Shown piece after piece: positions 24,663-35,053 of a stretch of 64,000 nt of DNA. The DNA comes from an uncultured Chloroflexia bacterium (GTDB taxonomy: Bacteria; Chloroflexota; Limnocylindria; Limnocylindrales; CSP1-4): the NCBI GenBank assembly GCA_963742075.1, contig CAVUKR010000004.1, positions 10,084 to 74,083 of the forward strand, written 5' to 3'. How positions within the stretch are numbered: the first letter of the stretch is position 1; every line of letters starts with the position of its first letter. The translations under genes were made by a program, and so were the position numbers. The notes beneath the pieces were generated by a model, which worked only from the letters and a program-made list of their open reading frames with translations, was not told the DNA's origin and did no database searches.

Positions 24663-26408
24663 TCAGTCCCCGCCCGACGTCCTCTCGTCGGCCGGAGCCG
24701 GGTCGCCGGGTGGCGCGACCGAGAACTCGCGCCGCGCGGAGGCGAGGAACGCCTCGACCTCAAGACGTTGCCGCGCCTCGCCCCAACCGAGGTCGGTGCC
24801 GAGGATGGCCGCGACCCGCGGGGCGATCGCCGCTCCCCGATCGGGGAGTTCCTGGGCCACCCTGGTCCGGCGCGCGAGGACGTCATCGAGCGACAGGGCC
24901 AGCTCGTGGCGTGCGGCCCACGCGACCTCGGCCTCGAGGAAGACCCGGCCCGGGACGAGCGGATGCAGGAGGTCCAGCTCCGCGCCGAGGGCGACGACCG
25001 CGGGCGCCTCGGTCCCGTGCCGGGCGACCAGCCGTGCCGCCGTCTCCGGTCCGACCGTGCGCACGGCCGGGATCGTCGAGAGCTCACCGGCGATCCTGGC
25101 GAGGGCGTCCGTCTCCGCGGCACCGACCAGCCGCCGCTCGGCCGTGTCGCTCGGGCGACGTCTGGCCTCCTCCCGCCCGAGGACCGCGTCGATCACGTCG
25201 CGGGCCATCACCCGGTAGGTCGTGTACTTGCCGCCGCCGATCCGGACGACACCGGTCGGTTCGACCGTGACCCGGTGCTCGCGCGAGGCCTTGACCGTGG
25301 ATCCGCCCTGCGCGATGAGCGGTCGCAGCCCCGCGTACGTGCCGACCACATCGGCCCGGGTCAGGTCCACGTCCATCGTCGCGTTGACCGTGTCGAGGAG
25401 GCGGTCCACCTCCCAGCCGGCCGCGGACGGACGCGCGGCCGGCCCGTCGAACGGGGCGTCCGTGGTGCCGATCAGCCAGTGGTCGGGCCACGGGACCAGG
25501 AAGACGATCTTGCCCGGCACCCGGATGGTGAGCCCGGTCTTGTTCGGGATGCGTTCGCGCGGGACGACGAGATGGGCGCCGCGGCTCGGGAGGATCCGGA
25601 GCGAACCGCCCTTGAACGGATGGTCGGCCTCGGCGGCCCAGACGCCGGTCGCGTCGACCACCGCCCGCGTCCGGATCTCGAAGGTCCCGCCGGTCAGCAG
25701 ATCCTCGGCGCCCAGGGCGGTGATCGTCCCGCTCGTCTCGTCGGTGCGAACCCCAGTGGCACGGATCCGGGTGAGCGCCACACCGCCGGCCGCGACCGCC
25801 GTCCGGGCTACGGCCAGGGTGTACCGCGCGTCGTCCTCGACCCCATCGTGGTAGAGCAGCCCGCCGCGGAGGCCCTCGTGCCGAAGGGTCGGCGCGAGGT
25901 CCAGGGTGTCCGCCCGCGACAGGCGCCGATGCCAGCCGCCGTCGTGCCGTGCCCCGAGGATGTCGTAGAGCGTCAGGCCAGCGTCGTAGAACGCCTTCGA
26001 GGCGTACGGCAGCCCGTAGATCGGGAAGAGCAGCGGCTGGATCGTGACGAGATGCGGGGCCAGCGACAGCAGCCGCGACCGCTCGGCGAGCGCCTCGCGG
26101 ACCAGGCCGAAGCGGAACTGCTCGAGGTATCGCAGCCCGCCGTGGATGAGCCGCGACGAGCGCGAGGAGGTGCCGGCGGCGATGTCGTCCTGTTCGACCA
26201 GGACCGCGCGCATCCCGCGCGAGACCGCGTCGAGCACCGCTCCGCTGCCGACGATGCCGCCACCGACGATCACCACGTCCCACGTCTCGCCAGCCACGGC
26301 AGCGAGGTCAAGGGCCCGTCGCTCGAGCGGCGACACGCGACGGGGCGGCGTCTCCGACTGCTCGATCATCCTCCGGCCGAGCCGGGCGGCTGGCGCGAGA
26401 TCCGCCAC
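24663..26408 (-). CDS. glpD: FAD-dependent glycerol-3-phosphate dehydrogenase/oxidase
   Basis: Contains WDVVIVGGGIVGSGAVLDAVSRGMRAVLVEQDDIAAGTSSRSSRLIHGGLRYLEQ. The start is uncertain (26408 or about 26369). Confidence 0.9.
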   Translation of the reverse strand: MADLAPAARLGRRMIEQSETPPRRVSPLERRALDLAAVAGETWDVVIVGGGIVGSGAVLDAVSRGMRAVLVEQDDIAAGTSSRSSRLIHGGLRYLEQFRFGLVREALAERSRLLSLAPHLVTIQPLLFPIYGLPYASKAFYDAGLTLYDILGARHDGGWHRRLSRADTLDLAPTLRHEGLRGGLLYHDGVEDDARYTLAVARTAVAAGGVALTRIRATGVRTDETSGTITALGAEDLLTGGTFEIRTRAVVDATGVWAAEADHPFKGGSLRILPSRGAHLVVPRERIPNKTGLTIRVPGKIVFLVPWPDHWLIGTTDAPFDGPAARPSAAGWEVDRLLDTVNATMDVDLTRADVVGTYAGLRPLIAQGGSTVKASREHRVTVEPTGVVRIGGGKYTTYRVMARDVIDAVLGREEARRRPSDTAERRLVGAAETDALARIAGELSTIPAVRTVGPETAARLVARHGTEAPAVVALGAELDLLHPLVPGRVFLEAEVAWAARHELALSLDDVLARRTRVAQELPDRGAAIAPRVAAILGTDLGWGEARQRLEVEAFLASARREFSVAPPGDPAPADERTSGGD

Positions 26409-26647
26409 AGCAGCCAGCCCGTTCCGACGATGAGCACGAGGATGGCCAACGGCGTGTGGAAGACGATCTCCTGGAGACCGACCGGGAGGATGCTCGTCAG
26501 GACCGCCAGGCCGAGCACGACGGCGACGGCGATCCCCGCGACGATCAGGACCTCGCGCCAGCCGGCCTGACGGCCGACGCCCCGGGGTTCAGCCACGATC
26601 CGCCTCGGCCGGGATGCCGATCGGTGCGACGAGGACCCGGCCCGCAT
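26366..26647 (-). CDS. Small two-TM membrane protein
   Basis: Hydrophobic core VLIVAGIAVAVVLGLAVLTSILPV...LAILVLIVGTGWLLW. The start is uncertain. Confidence 0.45.
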   Translation of the reverse strand: MRAGSSSHRSASRPRRIVAEPRGVGRQAGWREVLIVAGIAVAVVLGLAVLTSILPVGLQEIVFHTPLAILVLIVGTGWLLWRISRQPPGSAGG

Positions 26648-27398
26648 GGGCCGCGCCGCGACGTGTCAGGAGGCCGGTCTTGGGCCGATGGAACGTGACC
26701 GTCAGGTCGGCGATGACCGCCGGATCGGACGGCTCGCCGCTCGACAGGTCGATCGCGGTCGGGGTGTCGACGGCGACGACCGGGACGCCGGCGGCGCGCG
26801 CCTGGCCGATGACCTCGACCGCCGCGCGGATCGGCTCTCGAAGCGCCCCGTGGACGCCGGTCCCGAGCAGCGCGTCCACGACGACGGCGGCCTTCTCGAC
26901 GCCGTGCGCGAACATCGCCACGTCGCGCGGCACCGCGAGGTGGACCTTGACGATCCCGTTGTCGCGGGCGACGCGGTCCCAGTTGCGTGCCGACGAGACG
27001 CCACGCGGCCGGGCCTCCGTGGCGACGACCGCGACGATCACCGACGCCCCGGCAAGGGCCAGTCGTCGCGCCGCCACGAACCCGTCGCCGCCATTGTTGC
27101 CCGGCCCGCACATGACGACGATCGGGCCACTCCCCCACCGGCCGAGGTCGCCCGCAAGCGCCTTGACCGCCGCCGCGACGGCCGTACCTGCGTGCTCCAT
27201 CAGCCGGAGCTCCGGATAGCCGAGCGCCTGGGCACGGAGGTCGGCGCCGGTCATCATCTCCGCGGAGATGGCGGGCAGGTCGGCTCGCGCGGCCCAGCGC
27301 CGGCGAAGTCCCCGCAGGTCCATCTCGAAGATAGGCGGGTCGTCGGCGGGCAGGAGCGGAGCTGCGTCCGGAGTCGGGGGGTGCGCAGTGGCAGGCAT
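26589..27398 (-). CDS. NAD(P)H-hydrate epimerase (YjeF N-terminal domain)
   Basis: ATG 27398. Contains LMEHAGTAVA...VVMCGPGNNGGDGFVAARRL...VDALLGTG. Confidence 0.85.
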   Translation of the reverse strand: MPATAHPPTPDAAPLLPADDPPIFEMDLRGLRRRWAARADLPAISAEMMTGADLRAQALGYPELRLMEHAGTAVAAAVKALAGDLGRWGSGPIVVMCGPGNNGGDGFVAARRLALAGASVIVAVVATEARPRGVSSARNWDRVARDNGIVKVHLAVPRDVAMFAHGVEKAAVVVDALLGTGVHGALREPIRAAVEVIGQARAAGVPVVAVDTPTAIDLSSGEPSDPAVIADLTVTFHRPKTGLLTRRGAAHAGRVLVAPIGIPAEADRG

Positions 27399-27420
27399 CG
27401 CGCCCGAAGCGTAGCCGAAG

Positions 27421-27984
27421 TCAGGGCGTGGGCTGGGGTTCCCGAAGCCGCGCGACGATGTGGGCGGGCAGCTCGTAACCCTGCCACGGCTCGGCCTTGG
27501 TCGGCTTGTCGTCCACAAGCCCAACGACCTCGAACGAATACCAGCCTGTCGTATCGCCACCGGCGGTCACGAAGACCACGATCGCGTCGAACGGGTAGAG
27601 GCGATCGCACAGGGCGGTCGGCGAGCACGCGTCGTCCACGACGATGCGCGTGGCGCCGGCGACCTCTGCCTCGTGTCCCTTTCGGGCCAGCTCGATGGCC
27701 TTCGCACACGCGGCGGGCGAGATCCTGCCGCAGTCCCCGTTCCCGGGCTGCGCGGACGCCGGCGTGGTCGAAGCCGGAACGTCCGACGTCGACGGCGAAG
27801 GGGTCGCCAAAGCGGGCGTCGGTGACCCGATCGGGCTCGGGTCGGTCCGAGCGGACCCGCCGCCCTGCGATCGGGGCGCGACGACGATGAACGCGATGAT
27901 CGCGACCGCGATCAACAGGAGGCCGATGGGCAGCCTCCGGTCCGCCGGACGGCCCGGATCGGGGGAAGGAACCGGGAACGTCAT
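27421..27984 (-). CDS. Membrane-anchored hypothetical protein
   Basis: ATG 27984 (MTFPVPS...). It has a TM helix, a Pro/Ser/Thr linker and a Cys-containing domain. It overlaps mutY by 4 nt. Confidence 0.6.
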   Translation of the reverse strand: MTFPVPSPDPGRPADRRLPIGLLLIAVAIIAFIVVAPRSQGGGSARTDPSPIGSPTPALATPSPSTSDVPASTTPASAQPGNGDCGRISPAACAKAIELARKGHEAEVAGATRIVVDDACSPTALCDRLYPFDAIVVFVTAGGDTTGWYSFEVVGLVDDKPTKAEPWQGYELPAHIVARLREPQPTP

Positions 27985-28838
27985 GGGCGGACGCGTGCCA
28001 TTCCGGCATCGAGGTCCAGGAACCCTTCGCGTTCGAGGCCCCGTGCAGCGAGGCCGATCGCATTTCCGTCGTGGTGGCCCAGCCGTTCGGGCAGCCGCAC
28101 CCAGGTCCCGGCCGGCGCCTCCGTCACGGCCGCGACGAGACGACCGCGAAGCCAGCGGGTCGTCATCGCGAACGGCACGACCGCGGTCTTCGGCCCTTCG
28201 ATGACGACCATGCCCCGTGAGGCGCACAGCGTCGCGAGTGGGCAGGCATCGCAGAGCGGGGCACGGGCGGTGCACGTCGCCGACGCGAGATCCATGACGG
28301 CATCGAGCCAGCGACCGGGTCGTCCGCGGGCGACGAGGTCATCCGCCGCGGCCTGGAGACCGGGCGAGCCCGGCGGCACTCCCAGCACGCGACCGACGAC
28401 TCGTCGCACGTTCACGTCGAGTGGTGCGACGGGAACGCCGAATGCCGAGGCGGCGACGGCGCGGGCGGTGTACGGACCGATCCCCGGCAACAGCTCGAGC
28501 TCCGCGACTGTCGCCGGCACGCGGCCGTCGTGGTCCGCGACGATCGTCCGGGCCGCGTCACGGAGGGTCAGGGCCCGCCGGTTGTAGCCCAGCCCTGCCC
28601 ATGCGGCGAGCAGCTCGTGAGTCCCGGCGTCGGCCAGGTCCCCGGGTGTCGGCCAGCGGTCCACGAATCGACGCCAGGCCGGCCCGACGCGCTCGATCCC
28701 GGTCTGTTGCGACATGACCTCCGCGACCAGCACCTCCCAGGGACTCGACGCCGTACGGATGAGGAGCGGTCGGCGCGCGGTGTCGTGCCATCGGAAGAGA
28801 CGCGAAGTGAACCGTCGTCGAGTGATGGGGATGGCCAC
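27981..28838 (-). CDS. mutY: A/G-specific adenine glycosylase (HhH-GPD, 4Fe-4S)
   Basis: Contains PWEVLVAEVMSQQTGIERV...LGYNRRA...LPGIGPYTA...CTARAPLCDACPLATLC. GTG 28838 start. Confidence 0.85.
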   Translation of the reverse strand: MAIPITRRRFTSRLFRWHDTARRPLLIRTASSPWEVLVAEVMSQQTGIERVGPAWRRFVDRWPTPGDLADAGTHELLAAWAGLGYNRRALTLRDAARTIVADHDGRVPATVAELELLPGIGPYTARAVAASAFGVPVAPLDVNVRRVVGRVLGVPPGSPGLQAAADDLVARGRPGRWLDAVMDLASATCTARAPLCDACPLATLCASRGMVVIEGPKTAVVPFAMTTRWLRGRLVAAVTEAPAGTWVRLPERLGHHDGNAIGLAARGLEREGFLDLDAGMARVRP

Positions 28839-28856
28839 GCCCCTACGATAGGCGAC

Positions 28857-29798
28857 ATGAAGTTCGGTGCCGCGGTCTGGATCAACCAGACGACCTGGCC
28901 GGAGCTGCGCGACGCGTGTCTCGCCGCGGAAGCCGCCGGTTGGGATTCGCTGTGGATCGACGACCACCTGCTCGCCGACGAGGGGGATCCGACCGACCCG
29001 AAGCTCGAGGGTTGGGCGACCCTGTCCGCGCTGGCGGGCATCACCGACCGTGTCCGGCTCGGGCTGCTCGTGGCGGCCAACACGTTCCGCGGCCCGGGCC
29101 TGACGGCCAAGCTCGCGACGACAGTCGACCACATCTCCAACGGACGGCTCGTCCTCGGCCTCGGTGGCGGCTGGTTCGAGCGCGAGCACGACGCCTTCGG
29201 GATCGACTTCGGTGGCGGGTTCGGGGAGCGACTCGACCGGCTCGAGGAGGCCGTCGGGCTCATCCGGCGGTTGCTCGATGGCGAGCGCGTGACCCACGAG
29301 GGCCGGTTCTACACGATGCACGACGCGCTCTGCACGCCGCGACCGGTCCAGCCTCGCCTGCCGATCCTGATCGGCGGATCCGGGCCTACCAAGACGCTCC
29401 GGACGACAGCTCGCCACGCCGACCTGTGGAACGGCTACGGCCCGCCCGAGCTGATCGCGGCGACGAGCGAGATCCTGCGGGAGCGCTGCGCGGAGGCCGG
29501 CCGCCCCTACGACGCCATCGAGCGGACCGTGACCATCGACGCGGTCATCCGTGAATCCACCGACCAGGCGCTCGCCGCCTGGGCCGACATCGCCCGCCGA
29601 TACGGGCTCGATGGGCGCACGGGCGCCGACGGCTCGGACCGCGGGCTCTCGGTCGGAGGGTCCGTCGCGGACGTCGCCGCCTATCTCGACGGCTACCGCC
29701 GGCTCGGGGTCGGCGAGATCGTCTTCACGTTCCGCGCCCCGTTCGACCTCGAGACGATCGGACGGGTCGGGGAGCTGAGGGCCGCCCTCAGATCTTGA
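28857..29798 (+). CDS. LLM-class F420-dependent (luciferase-like) oxidoreductase
   Basis: Contains MKFGAAVWINQ...WDSLWIDDHL...VLGLGGGWFEREHDAFG. Confidence 0.9.
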   Translation: MKFGAAVWINQTTWPELRDACLAAEAAGWDSLWIDDHLLADEGDPTDPKLEGWATLSALAGITDRVRLGLLVAANTFRGPGLTAKLATTVDHISNGRLVLGLGGGWFEREHDAFGIDFGGGFGERLDRLEEAVGLIRRLLDGERVTHEGRFYTMHDALCTPRPVQPRLPILIGGSGPTKTLRTTARHADLWNGYGPPELIAATSEILRERCAEAGRPYDAIERTVTIDAVIRESTDQALAAWADIARRYGLDGRTGADGSDRGLSVGGSVADVAAYLDGYRRLGVGEIVFTFRAPFDLETIGRVGELRAALRS

Positions 29799-31233
29799 GC
29801 ATCACGTGCTTGACGACCGTGTAGTCCTCGATCGCGTACATGCTCTGGTCCTTGCCGTAGCCGGACTCCTTGAATCCACCGTGCGGCATCTCGGACACGA
29901 GCATGAAATGGTCGTTGATCCAGACGGTCCCGAACTGGATCGCCTTGGCGACGCGCATCGCCTTGCCGGCATCGCCCGTCCAGACCGAGGCCGCGAGGCC
30001 GAACCGGACGTCGTTGGCCCAGGCGATGGCCTGCGCCTCGTCGCTGAAGCGCTGGACGCTGACGACCGGGCCGAACACCTCGTCCTGGACGATCTCGCTG
30101 CGCTGGTCCGGGCCCGCCACCACGGTCGGTTCGTAGTAGGCACCCGGGCGCTGCGGTCGATGGCCGCCGGTCACGATCTCGGCGCCCGAACGCGCGCGAT
30201 CGACCATCCCCTCGACCTTGTCGGCCTGGGCGGCCGCGATGAGCGAGCCCATCTCGATGTCGTCGCCCTCGGCCGGGTCTCCCCACTTGATGGTCTTGAC
30301 CGCGTCGGCCAGGTCGGCCACGAACTTGTCGTAGATCTTCGGGCCGGTGATGACCCGGCAGGCGGCCGTGCAGTCCTGGCCGCTGTTCCAGTAGCCGAAC
30401 AGCTTGATGTTCTCGATGACGGCCTCCATGTCGGCGTCGTCGAAGACGATGACGGGCGCCTTGCCACCGAGCTCGAGGTGGAGCCGCTTGACCTTCTCGG
30501 CCGCGGTCCGGGCGATGTGCTTGCCGGTGTCGGTGTCGCCGGTGACCGAGATCATCCCGACCTTGGGATGCGCGACGAGCGGGTCGCCGATCGTGGCGCC
30601 GGTCCCGGTGATCACGTTGAGGACGCCGGGCGGGAGGATGTCCGCGGCGATCTCGGCGAGGACGAGCGCCGTCAGCGGCGTGCGGGCCGACGGCTTGAGG
30701 ACGACCGCGTTGCCGGCCGCGAGGGCCGGGCCGATCTTCCAGCCGGCCATCATGATCGGGTAGTTCCACGGCGCGATCGACGCCACCACGCCGACCGGCT
30801 CGCGACGGATCATCGAGGTGTGGCCGGCCATGTACTCGTTGGCGGCCTTGCCCTCCATCACCCGCGCAGCCCCGGCGAAGAAGCGCAGGTTGTCGACGAC
30901 GACCGGGATCTCGTCGATCGCCGCGCCGACCGGCTTGCCGGCGTTCTTCGACTCGAGCCGCCCGAGCTCGTCGGCGCGCGCCTCGATCGCGTCGGCCAGC
31001 TTGAGGAGCATCCCGCTCCGTTCGGCCGGGGTCGTGTGCTGCCAGGTCTCGAACGCGGTCGCGGCCGCGTTGACGGCGCGGTCCACGTCCTCGGCCGCTG
31101 ACGCCTGGACCCTGGCGATGACCTTGCCGTCGGCCGGGTTCTCGACGTCGAGCGTCGTCCCGGCGGCCGAGTCGACCCATTCGCCGCCGATGAACTGCTG
31201 ATAGGTCTTGACGCGCTCGAGGACGTCGGTCAT
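29788..31233 (-). CDS. NAD-dependent aldehyde dehydrogenase
   Basis: 481 aa. Contains FIGGEWVDS...LELGGKAPVIVF...NSGQDCTAACR. Confidence 0.95.
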   Translation of the reverse strand: MTDVLERVKTYQQFIGGEWVDSAAGTTLDVENPADGKVIARVQASAAEDVDRAVNAAATAFETWQHTTPAERSGMLLKLADAIEARADELGRLESKNAGKPVGAAIDEIPVVVDNLRFFAGAARVMEGKAANEYMAGHTSMIRREPVGVVASIAPWNYPIMMAGWKIGPALAAGNAVVLKPSARTPLTALVLAEIAADILPPGVLNVITGTGATIGDPLVAHPKVGMISVTGDTDTGKHIARTAAEKVKRLHLELGGKAPVIVFDDADMEAVIENIKLFGYWNSGQDCTAACRVITGPKIYDKFVADLADAVKTIKWGDPAEGDDIEMGSLIAAAQADKVEGMVDRARSGAEIVTGGHRPQRPGAYYEPTVVAGPDQRSEIVQDEVFGPVVSVQRFSDEAQAIAWANDVRFGLAASVWTGDAGKAMRVAKAIQFGTVWINDHFMLVSEMPHGGFKESGYGKDQSMYAIEDYTVVKHVMLKI

Positions 31234-31412
31234 CGGGGTCCCTCCTGGGCTGACGTGGGTTCGGATGGCAGTGTGGACATCGTAGTCCGGCCCGGAAACC
31301 CCGTCCCGTCACGCGGTCGGCGGGAGTCCTGTCGCTCCTTCTCAGCAACCTCTCAGGTTCGACGCTGACGGTGGCCCAAGTCGAGCATGACGTCGAAGGA
31401 GGAGTCGACCTG

Positions 31413-32459
31413 GTGCGACCGGCCCGGAGGCTGAGGTCCGCTGCGCGCCCTCTTCTTGGCGTCGCAGCGATGGTGGCCCTCTCAGCGTGCGGCAACAGCC
31501 CATCTGCTCCGCCGGCCTCGATCCCGAACTCTCTTCCAGCCTCAGCGCCGACGGATGTACCCGTCCCGAGCGCGACGAAGGATGCATCGAGGTCACCGAT
31601 CACGCTCGCCAGCCCGACGCCGGGGCCGTTGCGTCTCGCGATCGGCGTCCTGCCATGGCGCCTCGACGTCGGCCTGAGTCGGGCAGTCGCCTTCGCCGAT
31701 GGAGGAACGATCGTGGTCGCCGGTGGGCTGACAGCGAACGGGACGTCCGGTGAGGTCCGTCAGATCGACGTCGCGACAGGGCGGCTCGGCGGGATCGGAC
31801 GATTGCCACGATCCGTGCACGACGGTTCGGGCGCGGTCATCGGCGGCAACCTGCTGTTGTTCGGAGGCGGCAGCACGGTCGCCGGTCGTACGGTCCAGCT
31901 CGTCTCGCCCGGGGCCACGGGCAAGCTGGTCGGGAGTCTGCCCGCCTCGCGAGCGGACCTCTCGACGATCACGGTCGGGGACCGTGTCTATGTCATCGGC
32001 GGCGGGTCGAGCGGTGCACCGGATCCGCGGATCTGGGCGACCGCCGACGGTACCTCCGCGCACTTGGTCGGTCGGCTGGAGATCGGCGTTCGGTACGCCG
32101 CCGTCGCGGCCTCTGGCACGTCGATCTTCGTCTTCGGAGGCGCGACATCGAGCGGTGATCGCGGCGAGATCCAGCGGTTCGACACGACGACCGGACGGAC
32201 GACGGTAGTCGGTCGACTTCCGGTCCGCGTCTCCCATGCGGCCGCGATGGTGCTCGCCGGCCGGATCCTCGTGATGGGCGGCGGCTCGAGCCTCGAGATC
32301 TGGTCGTTCGATCCAGCGCTCGCAACAGTCACGAAGGTCGGCCGCCTTCCATACCGCGAGTCCGACGCCGCAGCGGTCGTCGTCGGCAGCCGCGGCTATC
32401 TGATCGGTGGGGAAGACCCGGCTTTCCTTGACACGGTGATCTCAGTGGATGTCCAGTGA
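31413..32459 (+). CDS. Kelch-repeat beta-propeller lipoprotein
   Basis: GGAGGAG lies 8 nt upstream of GTG 31413. It has a signal peptide with the lipobox ALSACG and repeated ...GGxxxxG...V..FD motifs. Confidence 0.7.
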   Translation: MRPARRLRSAARPLLGVAAMVALSACGNSPSAPPASIPNSLPASAPTDVPVPSATKDASRSPITLASPTPGPLRLAIGVLPWRLDVGLSRAVAFADGGTIVVAGGLTANGTSGEVRQIDVATGRLGGIGRLPRSVHDGSGAVIGGNLLLFGGGSTVAGRTVQLVSPGATGKLVGSLPASRADLSTITVGDRVYVIGGGSSGAPDPRIWATADGTSAHLVGRLEIGVRYAAVAASGTSIFVFGGATSSGDRGEIQRFDTTTGRTTVVGRLPVRVSHAAAMVLAGRILVMGGGSSLEIWSFDPALATVTKVGRLPYRESDAAAVVVGSRGYLIGGEDPAFLDTVISVDVQ

Positions 32460-32499
32460 AGGCCGGCTGGCTCGGTCGGCAACGACGGAGGAAGAAGAC

Positions 32500-33726
32500 G
32501 TGACCGACCGGCAGCCGATGGCCCATCCAACGTCGTCGAATCACGGCGTGCCGCGCGGTCCATCGGGTCCGGTCCTGCTCGGGTCCGTCCTTGCTGCGGC
32601 TGTCGTCGTCGGAGCGTTGCTGGTCGCGAACGTGGTCGGGACCCAAAGCCCAGGGATCGCGGGGACCGGAGCCGGCCGATCCGAACGCCCTTCGGGCAAC
32701 GAGCCGGCCGCGGGCGGGTCAAGCGGGCCCACCTCGGCGTCGGCCCCCGGCGACGCCATGCCCACGGCCCCCGTTCCCCAGGCACCGGGTGCCACACCCA
32801 GCCCATCCGTCCCGGTCACCGCCGGGCCGTTCGCCGGGTACCTCATGATCGCCGACCGCCAGAACGGCCGGATCCTGATGGTCGATACCGCTGGGACCAT
32901 CCACTGGCAGTTCCCGAAACCTCATGGCCTCCCCGCCGGTCAGGGCTTCTCGGCCGATGACGCCTTCCTGTCGCCGGACGGCAAGACGATCACCGCGAAT
33001 GAGGAGGGACATCAGGTCATCGTCCGAATCGACATCGCGACGCAGCGGATCATCTGGGAGTACGGCACGTACGACCGCGCGGGCTCGGGCCTTGGCCGGC
33101 TGCACACACCGGACGATGCCTACCCGCTGGCGAACGGCGACGTCATCGTCGCCGACATCGGGAACTGCCGGATCATCGAGGTCTCCCAAGACAAGAAGAT
33201 CGTGCGGCAATGGGGTCGAACGGGCGCCTGCGCCATCAACGCCCCGCGAACCTATGGGAGCCCGAACGGCGATACACCCCTCCCCGACGGCGGAGTGCTC
33301 ATCACCGAGATCCACGGGTCGCGAGTCGTGCGCCTCGACCGAACCGGGCACGTCGTCTTCGACATCCACGTGCCGACGGCCTACCCGTCCGACGCCCAGC
33401 TCCTGGCGAACGGTGACGTCCTGGTCGTCGACTATGCGAACCCGGGCGCGATCCTGAAGGTGGACCGACACGGGAAGGTGCTGTGGCGCTACGGGCCGAG
33501 ATCCGGTGCCGGCCGGCTGGACCATCCGAGCCTGGCCATCGAGCTGCCGAACGGCCTGATCGCGGTCAACGACGACTTCCGGAATCGCGTGGTGCTCATC
33601 GATCCGAAGACGGATCGGATCGTCTGGCAGTACGGACGGACGGATCAGCGTGGGCGCGGCAAGGAGCACCTGTTCACGCCCGACGGCATCACGCCGATCC
33701 CTCTGTCGGTCGCGGCGACGATCTAG
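32500..33726 (+). CDS. Membrane-anchored beta-propeller protein (NHL/arylsulfotransferase-like repeats)
   Basis: GGAGGA lies 7 nt upstream of GTG 32500. It has a TM anchor and repeated ...NGRILMVD..G.I.WQ... blades. Confidence 0.7.
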   Translation: MTDRQPMAHPTSSNHGVPRGPSGPVLLGSVLAAAVVVGALLVANVVGTQSPGIAGTGAGRSERPSGNEPAAGGSSGPTSASAPGDAMPTAPVPQAPGATPSPSVPVTAGPFAGYLMIADRQNGRILMVDTAGTIHWQFPKPHGLPAGQGFSADDAFLSPDGKTITANEEGHQVIVRIDIATQRIIWEYGTYDRAGSGLGRLHTPDDAYPLANGDVIVADIGNCRIIEVSQDKKIVRQWGRTGACAINAPRTYGSPNGDTPLPDGGVLITEIHGSRVVRLDRTGHVVFDIHVPTAYPSDAQLLANGDVLVVDYANPGAILKVDRHGKVLWRYGPRSGAGRLDHPSLAIELPNGLIAVNDDFRNRVVLIDPKTDRIVWQYGRTDQRGRGKEHLFTPDGITPIPLSVAATI

Positions 33727-33736
33727 ATCGCCCGCT

Positions 33737-35053
33737 TCACGCCTCGGCCCAGGGTCGGGCGGTCACGGCTTCGCGCTCGATGAGGTCGGCCGCCCGGATG
33801 GTCCCGGGATCGGCCTTGAGACGGGCCGACACGCCCTCGAGGCGCGCCCGCAGAGCCCGGTCGGCGAGCAACGCGTCGATCGCGTCGGTGAGTTCCTCGT
33901 CACGGAAGTCGTAGGTGGCCAGGCGCCGCCCGAAACCGGTCTCCTCGACCCGTTGCGCGTTGTCGACCTGGTCCCAGAACAGGGGCAGGACGATCATCGG
34001 CTTGCCGTGGTGGAACGCCTCGGTGACCGTGTTGTTGCCGCCGTGCGTGATCACCAGGTCGACCTGCGGGAGGATCGCGGGCTGCGGCAGGAATCCCTCG
34101 CCGGTCTGGTTGTCGTGGAGCGTGATCCGATCGGCCAACGGACCCTTGGAGACGATCACCCGGTGTCGCGTGGTCCCGAGCAGGTCCACCAGGCGCTGCA
34201 TCAGGCCGACATCGGCCGAGCCGAGGCTGCCGAGCGAGAGGTAGATGAGCGCCCCGTCACGGTCTCGGAGGTGGTCCGGGAGCTCCCAGGTCGCCTCTGC
34301 GGCTCGGACCGAGGAGTCCAGTCGGTGCCAGGTCGGCCCGAGCGGGCGCTCGCGCGCGTAGTCCGCGTCGGCTGGGTAGACGTACAGGTTGAGCCACGGC
34401 GATTCCGCGATGAAGTCGGGCCCCTGCGGGCCGTAGCGCAACCCGGCGTCGCCGTGCTCTCGACAGAACGTGTCGAATTCGTCCCACAGGTCGCGGTGCG
34501 TCCGCCCGACCTCATCCAGGAAGGTCCGCCAGCCGCGGCGGTCACCGGCGGCGTAGCCGGACGAGAACGGCGGCACCGCCGGATCCTTCAGCTCGGCCGG
34601 GTTGCACGACACGATCCGGACCCACGGCCGGCCGGACGCGGCGAGCGCCGGGAAGCCGACCACGTTGTCCTCGACGATCACGTCCGGCGCGAGCTCGTCG
34701 ATGATCTCGGTCAGGCGCGCGTCGACGTACATCGCGCCGTCGACCAGCGCCCGCCAGGTCGGCGCCATGAACTCGCCGAGCTGCTCGATCGTCGGCTTGC
34801 GGAAGACCGGCGCGGTGTCACGGATGAAGTCGATCCAGAACTGCCCCGGGACCTCCTCGACCTCGGGCCTGGGACCGAGCCGCATCAGGCGCTCCTCGAA
34901 GCCCTTGGCCTCGAGGGTCCCGGCGAACGACTCCTCGACGATGAACACGACCCGATGACCGCGCGCTCGGAGGACCTGCCCGATCCCGACGCAGTTGTTG
35001 GTCGGCCCGAAGGCGCCCTCGGGGAAGAAGACGATCGTCCGTCCCTGGCTCAT
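33737..35053 (-). CDS. GT1-family (MGT/UDP-glycosyltransferase-like) glycosyltransferase
   Basis: Contains the C-terminal donor motif VDLVITHGGNNTVTEAFHHGKPMIVLPLFWDQVDNAQRV. Confidence 0.9.
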   Translation of the reverse strand: MSQGRTIVFFPEGAFGPTNNCVGIGQVLRARGHRVVFIVEESFAGTLEAKGFEERLMRLGPRPEVEEVPGQFWIDFIRDTAPVFRKPTIEQLGEFMAPTWRALVDGAMYVDARLTEIIDELAPDVIVEDNVVGFPALAASGRPWVRIVSCNPAELKDPAVPPFSSGYAAGDRRGWRTFLDEVGRTHRDLWDEFDTFCREHGDAGLRYGPQGPDFIAESPWLNLYVYPADADYARERPLGPTWHRLDSSVRAAEATWELPDHLRDRDGALIYLSLGSLGSADVGLMQRLVDLLGTTRHRVIVSKGPLADRITLHDNQTGEGFLPQPAILPQVDLVITHGGNNTVTEAFHHGKPMIVLPLFWDQVDNAQRVEETGFGRRLATYDFRDEELTDAIDALLADRALRARLEGVSARLKADPGTIRAADLIEREAVTARPWAEA